From Microcaecilia unicolor (taxonomy: Eukaryota), in assembly GCF_901765095.1 (NCBI RefSeq), contig NC_044034.1:62434339-62498338 (forward strand): DNA of 64,000 bases. The letters are read 5' to 3'. This document shows positions 46,621 to 60,540 of this stretch, one piece after another. The notes beneath the pieces are model-generated. The model searched no databases, had not been told where the DNA came from, and saw nothing but the letters and a program-made list of their open reading frames with translations. Both the position numbers and the translations under genes were made by a program. Positions within the stretch are counted from its first letter, which is position 1, and each line of letters starts with the position of its first letter.

Positions 46621-49600
46621 ACTTCTACCCCATGATCAGAGATAATTGCGCTGTTTAAATTTGCATGCATTATCTATGATCATAGGTCTAATAGGGCTCC
46701 ACACTGTTCCAGCGCTATTTTAGAGCGCTGTTGGAACAGCGCAGGGCTTTTGATCATCTGCCTGTTTGGGAGGGTGGAGGTGTGACAGGGGCCAGGGCAT
46801 GTTTCCTCTTTTTCCTTAGGGCAAATACGATAACCCTAGTAGGGAATCCTTTATTTCTGAAAGAAAGAGTGGCTCACTGAGTGGAGCAGAGCTGGTGAGC
46901 ATCCATTAAAACTTGGTAGCATATCACTGAGGGTGTGAGGTCTATGTAGAAATGTATTAAACTGGAAAACGTTTTTTCAGATTCTAACAGATTTAAAAGA
47001 AATGGCAGTTGTTGAGCTGCAGCAACTACCGGAAAATTATGCATTTCTATTTCGCATTTCAGCAAACTTTGGTTTATCAAATGGATCTCAGGTAATTTTT
47101 ATTGCCTTAAAAATCTTTTCACCAGTCTCTTAAAAATATTCTGTACAGATCTAAGTGATAAATAATTGGTATGATATGGACCGGCTACACTAAGCACGAC
47201 ACGAGTAAAAAACTTTAGTTAGTACATCGGGCTCTAAATGAGCATCTGACATTCTTTTTCTCTTTCCATTTCCCAAGGCAAAAGAGAACAGGAGAATATA
47301 CTTCAGTTGTATTAACTGCACAACAGTGCATAGTAAATACTCTTCATATTTTGTGGTGGTCCATTTTTTCATGAATTTAAGGCACATGCCCCCAATTTGG
47401 GCTCGGGTCCACCCAAAATTAGACATCTCCCTTGCTGTGGCTGGTGGATATCCTCAAGCTCCGCCAACTGAAGATCTCCTCTTCCTGTTTAGTGACCAGA
47501 ACTCTTCAAGCTCTGCAGCCAGTGTCAGTGTTCCTGGGGAGGTCTTCAGCTGTCAAGGCTTGGGGATCCCCACCAGCTCAGGTATTTTATATTTTGTATT
47601 TGGACGGGGGGGGGGGGGGGGAGGGCAGAGGGGTGGGGAGATAATTGTGTGCCCACGTTTGGCTCAGGCTCACCCAAAATCAGCTATCTGGCGACGCCAC
47701 TGATGTGTTCGATGCATTTTTAGAAGGTTTCCCAATATAGTTAAAGTAATTGGTAACACTGTGACAGTGTATTTCACTGAGGCAGCAAGTCAGCACAAAA
47801 GCATGAAAATATTTTCTGAATATAAATTTGTAGCACTGTCACCATCTATAGTAGATTGGTTTTAATGACACAGTAGAGAAAACATAACTCTTAGTAACAG
47901 ACTTCAAAATATTTTAAATGGAAAACACATAATATTCTCTCTTTCTCTGTGAGTTTATGCTGATTTGTCTAATCATGAGCTGACCTTGAGGCTTATTTTC
48001 AAAGCACTTAGCCTCCCAAAGTTCCATAGAAACCTATGGAACTTAGCCTCCCAAAGTGCTTTGAAAATATGCCTCCTTATATAGTAATGGAATCTGTAGA
48101 AAGCAAGTTCAGTGATATAAGTGTTTCTTTTATCACCAAACTGTGAAAGAGAAGAGAGTGTGAGGCATCATTAGTCCAGCCTGTTCATTAAAACATGGTG
48201 GTTTTGTGATTAACAGAAAGAAACACAGTTTCTACAGGTGAAAACTTCGAAAGAGGCTTGCGAAAGTTATGATGTCTATCTTGAAGATCTCAAGAAGAAA
48301 GATTTCACATTAAAAGAAGATGTCCCCCAAGAAGCAATCCGGTTTGCTTCTGAGATGCTGCAGGAGGTTTCTACTGGTTTTGATTTCATATGCTTTCAGT
48401 TTTACTTCTTTAGAGCAGTACTATGCTTTCTCTAGCTTTACAAGTTATTACAGTATATGAGAGATTTTTAGCAGTCAGTGGAAGCAGGAAAAGACAACGG
48501 GGGCTTAAGTGACTTGGTAGTAATGCGGAGCAGGAGAGAGAGTGTTGGATTGCCCAGATTTTATGAGCAGTGTTCTGAAAGGAGAGACATGAGTAGCACT
48601 TATGATCTTTTTTTGAACGTAAAGTTATTCAGCTCCTATTAGGCCTGATGCCAAAACACAGTAACTGTTGAGAATGTAAATATGAGAAAAAGTAAAACAA
48701 AAAACAATTTCTTTGAATAAATCCCTTGACCAAAACTAATACAGTACTGTGTTCTGGCTTAACATATCTCCCATATATCAAGAGATACTATGTTTTGGAC
48801 TTTTGTTACAGGCTTGAAAATGCATTCAAAATATTAAATGACTACCATGTTAAAAAATACAGGAACTTTATGCGGGAGGTGTGGGTCCCAGACAGGTTCT
48901 TTCCTACACATTTGGTGGACCTGTCCTAGGGTGGTCCCTTTTTGGCAGGCTACTATAGAAGCATTAGTAACTATGACGGACACATCCTTGGTGTGCAGTC
49001 CCTTGGTGTGCCTATTGGGTTTGCACAATGAAAGCGACTTTTGGGAGAAGAGCAAACTGATGTGATGGGGGTTGGCGGCAGCTAAGTGCCTCATAGCGCA
49101 ACGCTGGAAAACGATAGACCCCCCCCCCCGACACTGGGTGAATGGAAGTGTAAATTGGGACAGCTTCTACATATGGAACGCCTCACGGCGTATTGTAGAG
49201 ATGGAGACCTACGACGCAATGGGGGGTGGATTCGACTTCAACAATGTCTAGCAAGTGTATAAGATGGGTGGGATCTGGGAGTACGATTGGGGCTCGGAAA
49301 GAATGGGAGGGGAGGAAGGGATAGGGGGAAAGGGAGTTTGTCCCCAAGAACCAGGGGACAATCTCAAGTTATGTTGGGGATGACTATGGAAGGGGAAAAT
49401 GTTTCATGTTCACATAAAGGTTACCTGCAGAGTGGATAATGTTAGGAGGGGTATGGTTAGTAAGCTCAAAGAAGAAGAGTATGCATGGGCAATATGTATT
49501 TTCATTTGGTGCAAAAATGTTAGCAATTGTTTGCTTTAGTGAAGTTTATAGTGAATAAGCTGTTTACCATACTTTGTGTAAGTTGTTTGCTTAAAATTTA

Positions 49601-50344
49601 ACAAAAAAAATATAAAGAAAAAATACAGGAACTACAGGACATCTAGCTAGTTAACTCAAAATTTTTTCAAAACTAAGTAACTGTTATGTTTTTTTCAGGG
49701 AAGTATAGTGCAGGGGGAAACTTCAGGAGGTGATGTTTATCGAGGGGTCGGGGTTTGACTGGTTGCAATGCAGTTTTTGCTGCATTGTAGTCCCTTTTGC
49801 ATAATTTTGCACGGCAGGGGGTTTCTGCACAAATCCTGCAATGGTACTGTTGAAGAATTCCCCCAGGACTAAGGATTGAGAAACAGTATTTTTTATTATG
49901 TAATTACAATATAGCAAACTCTATCTGCCATACAGTGACTTGAACCAAAAACCATATAAAATATTAAGGGTCTAATTGTTTCAAGAATGTTTTTGCTTTT
50001 TAGTACTATTTCACGTGTGTATTGGGACTCAGTTACCCCACTGGATACACACCTATAAATATGCAACCAGAGTGTAAAAGAAGTTTGGTGATGCATGGAT
50101 GGAATCACGAAGTAGGTTTATGGGTTGAAAAATACTTTGCTGGATATATTTAGACCAAATTTGGAGGAGTTGTAATTGCATGTGGCCACGTTTTAGCTGC
50201 AATTTCAGCTAATTTTGTGATGCTATTCTATGAAAACACAAGGGCACTTCTGTGTTATAGAATAACTTCAAAATAGGTGTCTGTATGACCTCTCCACCTT
50301 AGGGTTTCCTGGGTGTGTGTGTGGCCCGCAGATACTGACCATTG

Positions 50345-52000
50345 TTTGAGTGGTGCTACTACTACTACTACTACTTAACATTTCTAGAGCGCTACTAGGG
50401 TTACGCAGCGCTGTACAATTTAACAAAGAGAGACAGTCCCTGCTCAAAGAGCTTACAATCTAATAGACAAGTGAACGGTCGGTCCGATCGGGGCAGTCAA
50501 ATTGGGGCAGTCTGGATTCACTGAACGGTAAGGGTTAGGTGCCGAACGCAGCATTGAAGAGGTGGGCTTTAAGCAAAGACTTGAAGATGGGCAGGGAGGG
50601 GGCTTGGCGTAAGGGTTCAGGAAGGTTGTTCCAAGCATAGGGTGAGGCGAGGCAGAATGAGCGGAGCCTGGAGTTGGCGGTGGTGGAGAAGGGTACTGAG
50701 AGGAGGGATTTATCCTGTGAACGGAGGTTACGGGCGGGAACGTAAGGGGAGATGAGGGTAGAGAGGTAGTGAGGGGCAGCAGACTGAGTGCATTTGTAGG
50801 TAAGAAGGAGAAGCTTGAATTGAATGCGGTATCTGATCGGAAGCCAGTGAAGTGACCTGAGGAGAGGGGTGATATGAGTATATCGGTTCTGGCGGAATAT
50901 GAGACGTGCAGCAGAGTTCTGAACAGACTGAAGGGGGATAGATGGCTAAGTGGGAGGCCGGTGAGGAGTAAGTTGCAGTAGTCCAGGCGAGAGGTAATGA
51001 GAGCGTGGACGAGAGTTCGGGTGGTGTGTTCAGAGAGGAAAGGGCGAATTTTGCTGATGTTAAAGAGGAAGAAGCGACAGGTCTTGGCTATCTGCTGGAT
51101 ATGCGCAGAGAAGGAAAGAGAGGAGTCAAAGATGACTCCGAGGTTGCGGGCAGATGAGACGGGGAGGATGAGGGTGTTATCAACTGAGATAGAAAGTGGA
51201 GGAAGAGGAGAAGTGGGTTTTGGTGGAAAGACGATAAGCTCGGTCTTGGACATGTTCAGTTTCAGGTGGCGGTTGGACATCCAGGCAGCAATGTCGGATA
51301 AGCAGGCCGATACCTTTGCCTGGGTCTCCGCGGTGATGTCTGGTGTGGAGAGATACAGTTGGGTGTCATCAGCATAGAGATGATACTGGAAACCATGAGA
51401 TGAGATCAGGGAGCCCAGGGAAGAGGTGTAGATTGAGAAGAGAAGGGGTCCAAGGACCGATCCCTGGGGAACACCAACAGATAAGGGGATGGGGGTGGAG
51501 GAAGATCCATGAGAGTGAACTTTGAAGGTGCGGTGGGAGAGATAGGAGGAGAACCAGGAGAGGACAGAGCCCTGGAACCCAAATGAGGACAGTGTGGCAA
51601 GAAGTAAGTCATGATTGACAGTGTCAAAAGCAGCGGATAGATCCAGGAGGATGAGGATGGAGTAGTGGCCTCTGGATTTGGCAAGGAACAGGTCATTACA
51701 GACTTTAGAAAGTGCTGTTTCTGTCGAGTGAAGAGGGCGAAAACCGGATTGAAGCGGATCAAGGATGGCATGAGAGGAGAGAAAATCAAGGCAGCGGCTG
51801 TGGACTGCGCGCTCAAGTGTCTCAGTCCTTATTGGGGTTTGGGGCGCTCCCTGAGATTGTTGACATGGAAGATTGGACCAGAGCTCTAGAATTAGAGTGG
51901 AGTGCCTACAAGGAGAAATTACAGCTGTGGCGATGTGACGAGGCATTGAGACAAACACAAGAAGAACAGAGGATAGAGCGGCAGATTATGGAAAGGTTCC
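50345..52000 (-). mobile_element. L2-type non-LTR retrotransposon, 5'-truncated. The RT ORF is 50453..51958 on the minus strand, and the 3' end carries a (gta)n microsatellite tail (plus-strand (tac)n at 50351..50369).
   Basis: RT motifs: [68 protein letters not shown]. The L2-specific [15 protein letters not shown] is also present. Confidence 0.8.
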
Positions 52001-52539
52001 TGGAGGGACTCTGAATGCCCATAGCTACGTATATCCCATATTTATTTATTTGTTACATTTGTATCCCACATTTTCCCACCTATTTGTAGGCTCAATGTGG
52101 CTTACATACTACCGTAAAGGCGTTCGCCAATTCTGGTATGAACAAATACAGTAATGTGGTAGAATAAGGTTCGTGTGTATAGACACATTAGAGAATTGTA
52201 GAGAGGAAGAGTTATTATATGTCCATTATGAGCTTTGGTTTCATTGTGTTACAGAGTACAGGCATTTAAGTTGGGTCGGTAGGTTATGCCTTTTTGAACA
52301 GGTTAGTTTTTAATGATTTCCGGAAGTTTAAGTGATCATAAGTTGTTTTCACAGCTTTTGGTAATGCGTTCCATAGTTGTGTGCTTATGTAGGAAAAGCT
52401 GGATGCATAGGTTGATTTGTATTTGAGTCCTTTGCAGCTTGGGTAGTGGAGATTTTGTTCATGTTGATCCTGTTGTGTTTCTGGTTGGTAGGTCTATGAG
52501 GTCTGTCATGTATCCTGGGGCTTCGCTGTAGATAATTTT

Positions 52540-53030
52540 ATGAACCAGGGTGCAGATTTTGAAAGCAATACGTTCTTTGATTGGGAGCCAGATAAGATCC
52601 CAGATTTTCCTGGCACCCCAAAGAAACATGGAGATTACACTGTGGAACAATGGCTTGAGAGGACCAGAGCAGCATTGAAGGCACTTTGTATCCCTCCTGA
52701 AGACCAGCTAGAAATTGTGAAGGACCATTTGATTGGTCAGGCAAGAGTTACTGCTCAATTTGTTCCACCAGGGTCACAGAGGACGGTGGATGATTTGTTT
52801 CAGGTGTTGAAGACAGTATATGGTGACAAGGTTCCTGTCACAGTTCAAGTTGAGTTCTATGACCGAAAGCAAGAGCCTGGTGAAGATATGCGTACCTATT
52901 GCTTATAGTCTCCAAGAAAAGCTAGCTCGAATAGAGGTGATTGACCCACGTTGTTTTAGTGATTCTCAGAAGATATTGAAGGAAAGATTTGTTCTGGGAA
53001 TCATGAAAGTAGCCTTAGACATGAGATGAA
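52540..53030 (+). mobile_element. Gag capsid-like fragment with a frameshift, probably from an LTR-retrotransposon. It sits immediately upstream of a truncated L1.
   Basis: ORF 52540..52908 reads '…DYTVEQWLERTRAALKALCIPPEDQLEIVKDHLIGQARV…', which has retrotransposon-Gag-like periodicity. ORF 52820..53029 continues it. There is no zinc knuckle. Confidence 0.35.
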
Positions 53031-53039
53031 AAAAAGACT

Positions 53040-56000
53040 GAAAAGATTGGACGTTCCCAGTCTACTTGTTTAGAGACCCACGATTTGGGGAATATTTACG
53101 GGCTAAATGGACTGAATATAAGCACTTTAACGAGGGTACGGTTGACAGTTCTACCAGTTTTTGGGAAGCTGCGAAAGCAGTATTAAGAGGGGAGATAATA
53201 AGTTATGTGGCACAATATAAACGTGCGCGGGATAGGGAAATTGTGCGGTTAGAAAAGAGACTAATTAAGTTGAATAGACAATATGGTCTAACCCCATGTA
53301 GCAAGGTTAGACAAGAGGTGATAGAACTACAAACAACTTTGAACTCCCTGATACATGATAGAGAATTGAAATCTCAAGCCTATTATCGCTTTCAGTTATA
53401 AAAGCATGGAAATAAAGGAGGCAAATTTCTAGCTAGACTTATAGCATCTAAATATTCATCTAAAAATGTAACAACTATTAAAAACAAAGAGGGGAATTAT
53501 CTTCATACTAATAAAGAGATTAGATCAGCGTTCCAGACATATTACCAAAGCCTTTATAAGGCGTCGGAACAAGAAGGACTTCCGGGTGAGCTATTTTTAG
53601 ATGGGGTTCAGACCCCTAAACTACAAGATAGGGATAGTACTCAACTAAATGCAAAAATTGGTGTTGATGAGGTGACATGGGTAATAACGCAAAGTAAAAT
53701 GGGTAAGGCCCCGGGCCCGGATGGGTATAAAGCAGAATTTTACAAGTTGATGGGTGACTCGGTGGTCCCAACACTGGTTAAGGTGTTTAATGAATGGATG
53801 GAGAATGGTAGGATGCCAGACCAATTAAATTTGGCTAGGATAGTTGTGTTTCCTAAGCCTAAAAGAGATGAAAAACTGGTAACCTCCTATAGACCTATTT
53901 CATTAATTAACCAGGAAGCAAAATTATTTGCAAAAATTCTAGCAAATAGACTGGGGCGAGTGTTACCTCATCTTATCCACACAGCTCAGGTGGGGTTCGT
54001 ACAAGGTAGATCGGTTTCCAAAAATCTGAGGAGTATTCTGGCAGCATTAGAAGGTTTGGGCCACTCCCAGGCACAAGCATTAATGATAAGCTTCGATGCT
54101 GAGAAAGCATTTGATAGAGTGGAGTGGCCCTTCCTGTACTCTGTGCTGGAAAGATATGGATTTCAGGGTAAATTTGTACAGGCGATCAGGGCATTGTATC
54201 ACCAACCTAGAGCACAGGTGATGGTGAATGGGAATATATCGGAGGAGATCCAGATTAGTCGAGGTACTAGACAAGGGTGTCCACTCTCACCTCTACTTTT
54301 TGCACTGCAGTTGGACCCCCTAATTAGAGACATATATGATTGTGTGGCGATTCCTGGGGTACAACTTAAAAAGCAGGAATTTAAACTTGCCGCGTTTGCG
54401 GATGACCTAATGATGGTTATTACAAAACCGAAGGAGACCCTGCACAATCTACTAGAGTTAATTCAAGAATGTGGAGATTACTCGAGCTTTAAATTAAACA
54501 TAGACAAATCTGAAGCTCTTGGGATAAACTTAGACATTCGAGCCCATTGGCCGGAAGGATTTCCTTTGAAACGAACGAGCAAATCTTTTACATATTTAGG
54601 GATTCAATTACCGGCTAATTTGAAGGAGCTTTATACATTGAATGTTACAAACATGCTGGAACAGACAACTCAACAGTTGGATTCATGGGGCAATTTAACA
54701 CTATCTTTGATGGGGAGGATTAGTCTTATCAAAATGGTGATATTGCCAAGATGGCTATACACATTACAGGTACTGCCCATAGTGTTATTGCAAAAAGATA
54801 TCAAGCGATTATATCGATTGATATCTAGATTCTGCTGGGCAAAAAAACGAGCTAAGATGCAGCTGAAACATATGTTGGGGGGATGGAGGCAAGGAGGCCT
54901 GGGAATACCTAATATAAAGTTTTATAATATGGCATGCCTCCTGCGCCAAACACGAGATTGGCTATATCAAACCCAGGAACACACACCTCTAGAGATGGAG
55001 GAAGCGTTATATAGTCCATATCATGGGATAACATTAGCACATTTACAGAAAAAGGAGATACCGCATAGACTTAGACAAAATGTTCTGATATTATCACTCA
55101 GAGCAGCGTGGAGATTCTTAGGGGAACTATTGGGGGGAGATTCAAGAGTAACTGAGTATCTAAACATCAGGGGGAATCCGTCTTTCGTACCCGGGCTGGA
55201 AAATAAAACATTTGATAGGTGGGCACAGGAAGGTGTTAATTGTATAGCTGATGTACTGGAAGAGGGAGGGGACATACTGCCACTGTCACAGCTATTGGCT
55301 CAGAGGGAGCAGGTTTGGGGTGATGTATACGCGCACTGTCAACTTAAACATTATGTACAAACATTAGATAAAACAGCATTGCAGTGTAAACTGGGCAACA
55401 AAATCAAAAAATTCTTTGATGAGATATCTGAAAATGCCCCATCTATATCCCAGATACATCGGAAGTTATGGGAGCTGGCTCCGATGAAGGAGATAACTAA
55501 GGTTAGACAGAGATGGGAAAAAGATATGAGCTGCAATTTGGAATCATGGGATATTACTGCGCAGATACAAAATATACCAAGAATAATTGGGGGCGCAGAT
55601 TACAGGGAATGCGCGTATAGAATAATTTACAGAGCTTATTTTACCCAAGTACAATTATATAAATCAGGGGGTATAGAGACAGCGCTCTGTTTGAAATGTA
55701 ATAGACATGACAATACTTTATACCATGCGCTATGGGGATGTGTAGTACTACAGAGATATTGGAGACAAATAGTTGCTTACCTGTCTCATGTTTTGGGTAG
55801 TAGAATAGACATGAATCCACGACAGTTGATATTAGATTTGAAAGATGAACCTTTAAGACTCAATGCTGATAAAACATTATTATATCGAAAGTTATGTCTG
55901 GTGGCGAAAAAATGTATTATGCAATATTGGACTGTAGCCAGTTCACCACCTTATTGGCATTGGCGTAACAGGGTGCACCAGTTGTTAGTGTGGGAGGCGA

Positions 56001-56110
56001 AAGAAGTTAAAGGACAGTACAAAAGGAAAATACGGTTTCTTAAAACATGGGGTAGCTACCTGGAAAAAATGACACAGAGAGGCCGAAGTTTGGTCATTAA
56101 TACTTTATAA
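53040..56110 (+). mobile_element. L1-like LINE (lineage 2), 5'-truncated with no endonuclease. It keeps the post-EN Z region (53066..53401) and an 812-aa RT to C-terminal ORF (53672..56110). A G-rich 3'UTR follows.
   Basis: Motifs FWEAAKAVLRGEIISYVAQYKRAR (Z region), KAPGPDGYKAEFYK, YRPISLINQEAKLFAKILANRL, GTRQGCPLSPLLFALQLDPL, FADDLMMVI, the C-terminal Cys/His region, and a poly-G run at 56165..56185. Confidence 0.8.
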
Positions 56111-57149
56111 AAGAACCATACATCACTACAATATTGGGATATATTAATATGAGTTAGTCAAGAGGGGTGGGGGGGGGGGGGGGGGTTAGCAGGGAAGAGT
56201 GGGAGGAGGGTGTAGAAGAGGGGATAGAGGAATAAGAGGTCTTGTATTACATTGGAGCGGTAAGCTGATCACTTAACATCACGGTACAATAATAGTTGAT
56301 TTACAATTGTACATTTGCCAAAGCAAAAAAGTTGTGTTATGTTGTTGATATGTTATGACTCCTTTTAACAATTGTGGACAAATAATGATGTAAAGTGGGG
56401 AGGGGGTTGGGGGGAGGGGAATAGAAAAAGAGGATTCAGTGAATGAAGCAGATACAATGTTATTGCAATGCTGATTGGAAAACTGAACTTTGATGTATGA
56501 AGCCTCCAAGTTGCATTGTATTGTGCCTTTCGATAATAAAAAAGTTTAAACATAAAAGACTGAAAAGAGCTCTGGCGCCAGCATTTTCTGGAATCTTGCA
56601 GAAAGCGGTGAAGTGGGCTGAGGAACATATGTCACTTGATTGGGTAGAGAGGCCCCCGAAAATATTAACTCATGTTAAGAGTGAAGCAGCGCTGTGAGGC
56701 ACTAGTGCGGAGGCAAGGATGGAGCCTGAATTAAATGAACTATGATGACAGAGTTACTGAGGGACAAGAGGCAAGCATAAGAACAGTACAGTTGTTTCCC
56801 AACAGCCCTGTGGATGGAGAGAAGAAAACAGTAGGCAGAGGTTGGAGTGGAACAGAAATGCCAGAAGTCAGTTTAGATGTGTATGAGATCGTAGAACACC
56901 TTTGAGAAATGAATGAGGAGACCTGGTCTTCTATTGGTGTCTAGAGTCTGGACATGTGGCAGGAGAAAGCTGAAGCTGGAGTGAAAGAGTAAAAAATGTG
57001 TTGGGTGTAGCATGGGCTGGCTCTGTGGAGAAGTTATCCAATGCAAAACGTGATGGAGCATTAAGTGTAATGTTGAGTGCAGTGTCCGGAACAATGTCTT
57101 GCACAGTGTCCACCGTTGCTTCCAAGGAATAGAGAGAAAACTCATCAAG

Positions 57150-57640
57150 AAGGATGATGACAACAGCGGTGGTTCCTTCTACTTCAGAAGCTTCTACCTC
57201 GGCTATGTGGCTTCAGCGAGTAGGCACTCGGGTGCCTGGGACAGGAACAAGCAAAACCTTTGGCGCAAGTCCCCTGGTAGAACTTTTCACTGGGAATGTG
57301 CCTGTTCCATGTTGCTTGGACACAGGTTCAGAAGTGTCAACTATTACCGCAAGTTATTTCAGAAAGCAACACCTGGAAGACCAGGTCGAGTTACAAGACA
57401 CACTGGTGAAACTATCTGCAGTGAATGGAATGGACATACCAATCATTGACTGCTTGGGCCAGGTGGTAAAAAGCTCTGGTATACTAATGGTCCAGGATGA
57501 TGCAGTTTATCTGCAAGTCAATTACATACCGGGAATAGCTGGAATAGATATTCTGCAGGAAGTTAACTGGAATTTACTGACGGACAGCTGCCTTCGAAAG
57601 GAGAAAGTACATAGAATCTGGAAGCAGGATTAGAATAAAG
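57150..57640 (+). mobile_element. Retropepsin (aspartic protease) fragment of an LTR-retrotransposon
   Basis: ORF 57154..57633 contains CLDTGSEVSTI (the DTG catalytic motif) and the downstream PGIAGIDILQE flap-like segment. Confidence 0.55.
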
Positions 57641-58333
57641 ATCAGGAACGCATTGGTTTAGTTAAGCTTGTGGGAAGAAAAATGTGGTCTACCGTTTTTG
57701 ACTGAATCAGTGTTGCTAGGAAGTTGTACCAAGTTGAAAGAGTGTGCGGAGCTGCCGGTGGTGGTAGTCGGGACAGAAACAATCATTTTCTTCCCATAGA
57801 AATTGATGGTGCCAAAAACGGGACCGAAGTGTGGCATGCAGTCAAACAGAGCGTGCACTTAAATGGAATGCAATGTATTTTCAAAGCACTTAAACATAAA
57901 AAGTTGCATAGTATCCTGTTGAACTTCATAAGTCTAAGCGCTTTGAAAATGAGCCCCAAAGAGTCCTATATTTTCAAATTTGTTTGCTAGTATTAACAGT
58001 CTTTTTATAAACTGAGAACAGAGGGCCAGAATTTCAGGAATATCTGAGCTCAAATCATGATTCTGTCCATGAAGAATAATATTGTACCAAGAAAAAAACA
58101 ACAAAGCGGAAGTGACCAAAAACAAAAAATTCACACCAAAGGTGCTGCAGAAAACTTTACTGATGTTCAATAGACTTGATATAAATTGTGTTTTGTCCAC
58201 AACGAGCCTGCATCAGGAGTCTGAAAACCTCACAATGGTCTATATATTAACACACTGTGCCTTAGTCCATTATACTGATAAAGGTTGTCAGTAATCAAAA
58301 ACTGCTGAATAACAACACAATCTTCAGTTTAGC

Positions 58334-60260
58334 ACACCACTGATAAGTGCAAGATTCATTTATATGCATGGTTCAAGACCTCTCCTCTGCAGGAAAGACT
58401 CCGCATAAGCGCGTGCATGGAATGTGGAAGCCGATTGGCGCGTGACAACCAACGAGATTTCAAATTTACCACCTCTTTAACTGCCACAGGCAGAATAAGC
58501 GAAAGAATGTTGTTAGAGCATACACCGGGGTCGTCGTCACCGCGGTGGAACTGTAAGACTTTAACACTGGCTGAACGAATAGAAGTTCTTAAAAAATTAG
58601 AAAACAAACAAAGTCAAGCATCTATTGCTAAAGAATATTGTGTCAATCCCAGTCAAATTTCACGTGTCTTGAAGCAGAAAGACCAGCTTCTAGAAGACTG
58701 GCAAAACAATACAAATCCACAACAGAAATGAAAACGGGCGGGAAAAGCTGAGGAGGTAGAACATGCTCTTCTTTGGTGGTTTTCTCGAGTCAGGAGCAGA
58801 CAGTTTCCTGTCAGTGGTCCACTGCTTATGGAGAAAGCTAACCAGCTAGGTAAAAGTCTTGGACTAACTGAATTCAAAGCCACTGTTGGATGGTTGGAAA
58901 GAAGGAAGGAGAGGAACAACATAAAATAAAAAAAAACAGCATGGTGAGAAACAAGACGCTGATGACTTTGGTGCTGAAAATTGGGTTGTTTCAGTTCTTC
59001 CTACCATCTTGAATGAGTTTGCACCTCGTGACATTTTCAATGCTGACAAAAACAGTCTCTACTGGCTAGCAATTCCTGATGGAACACTTGCATTCAAATA
59101 TGCCGAAACTACTGGAGATAAAACGTCGAAGGACCGACTGACGATCCTCCTTTGCTGCAATATGGATGGGAGTGAGAAGTTGGAACCCCTCGTCATTGGA
59201 AAGAGCAAACAGCCCCGTTGCTTCAAGAATGTTAAGCGACTTCCTGTGTCATACGAGGCTAATGCAAATTCATGGATGACTGGGGAAATTTGGAAGCAAT
59301 GGCTAAAGAAGTTAGACACTAGAATGCGGGCACAAAAGCGTCAAATTTTGCTGCTTTGTGATAATTGTGTGGCACACAGGGATGATGTCAGGCTGTCTAA
59401 CGTCAAGGTGGTCTTCTTGCCACCAAACACTACCTCTCTGATCCAACCTATGGATCAGGGCATAATAGCCAATTTCAAACAACATTATCGGGCTCTTGTG
59501 CTATGTCGTCTGATGAGTGTTATGGATGACCAGACTGGCAAGGATAAACGTGCTATTGATCTGGCTCGTAATCTATCACTGTTGGATTCCCTACATATGC
59601 AGAAAGAAGCCTGGATTCATGTTACACAGGCAACCATTGTGAACTGCTACAAGCGGGCAAGCTTTGTTAAGGATGTGGAGAGGGAAGAAACAGATGCAGC
59701 TGTTGCGAACATGTCAGACAAAGAGGTTATTGACATCCCAGCCGGTGTTACTGAAGAGGAGTTCCATCGCTACGTAACTGTTGATCACGATCTACAAACA
59801 GCTGAAGACAGCACTGATGTTGAGATATGCGCCTACACGCAGGCAACAACGGCTGATGATGGAACAGATGAAGAAATGAACAGCGAGGCACATGCTGACG
59901 AAATTCAATAACCTCCTCCTGTCACTTTTACAAGAGCGCTGGCGCTGGAGAGTCTCAATACCATGAGGGCCTATCTGGAGGCCACTGGATGTCAGTGCTA
60001 TGACAGGTTTTACCGTCTGGCAGACGTAGTGTATGGAACTCACAGACCCAAGATTGTACAGGGGACTATAACTGATTACTTCCAGTATGCCTAATGTCAG
60101 TTAACGGAGACTGTATACTGTACGTATAATAATAAACAGTACTGTACATATGTTTATCAGATGTCAAGCTTCTTTGGGTCACAAGGGTTAAGTGCACGCT
60201 CTGGTTAACTGCATGCATTTCTTTGGTCCCAGACCCTTGCACTTAAGCGGATTTGCACTG
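58334..60260 (+). mobile_element. Tigger/pogo-like (Tc1/mariner superfamily) DNA transposon. Its transposase is degenerate: a CENP-B-type HTH at 58417..58731, a second HTH near 58740..58920 in another frame, and the DDE domain at 59009..59911.
   Basis: HTH 'KTLTLAERIEVLKKLENKQSQASIAKEYCVNPSQISRVLKQKDQL'. DDE 'KDRLTILLCCNMDGSEKLEPLVIGKSKQPRCFKNV…SWMTGEIWKQWL…ILLLCDNCVAHR…LPPNTTSLIQPMDQGIIANFK'. Imperfect TIRs cagt…aagtgcaag (58334..) and cttgcacttaag…cactg (..60260), with TA after the 3' end. Confidence 0.75.
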
Positions 60261-60540
60261 TACACCTCTTTGAAACATTAGAACAAAAAGAGCATAACAG
60301 CAGAGTGAGACCCCATCTGGCATTTCTGTTGTGTGTAATAGATAAATACAAGGACAAGAGAGTATCTGAACAACATAATAGAAAAATCTCTCTTGATTAA
60401 AAACTACAAAGTGAGGGGTCACGTGATGCTCTAGAGAGAGGAAGACGTGGTCCCGCGTCCTCCTAGGCCCCGACTCCTAATGCCGCTTTAAAACGTTGGA
60501 AACATACCTAAAACGCATCTTCAAGTAAGAGGGAAATCTT

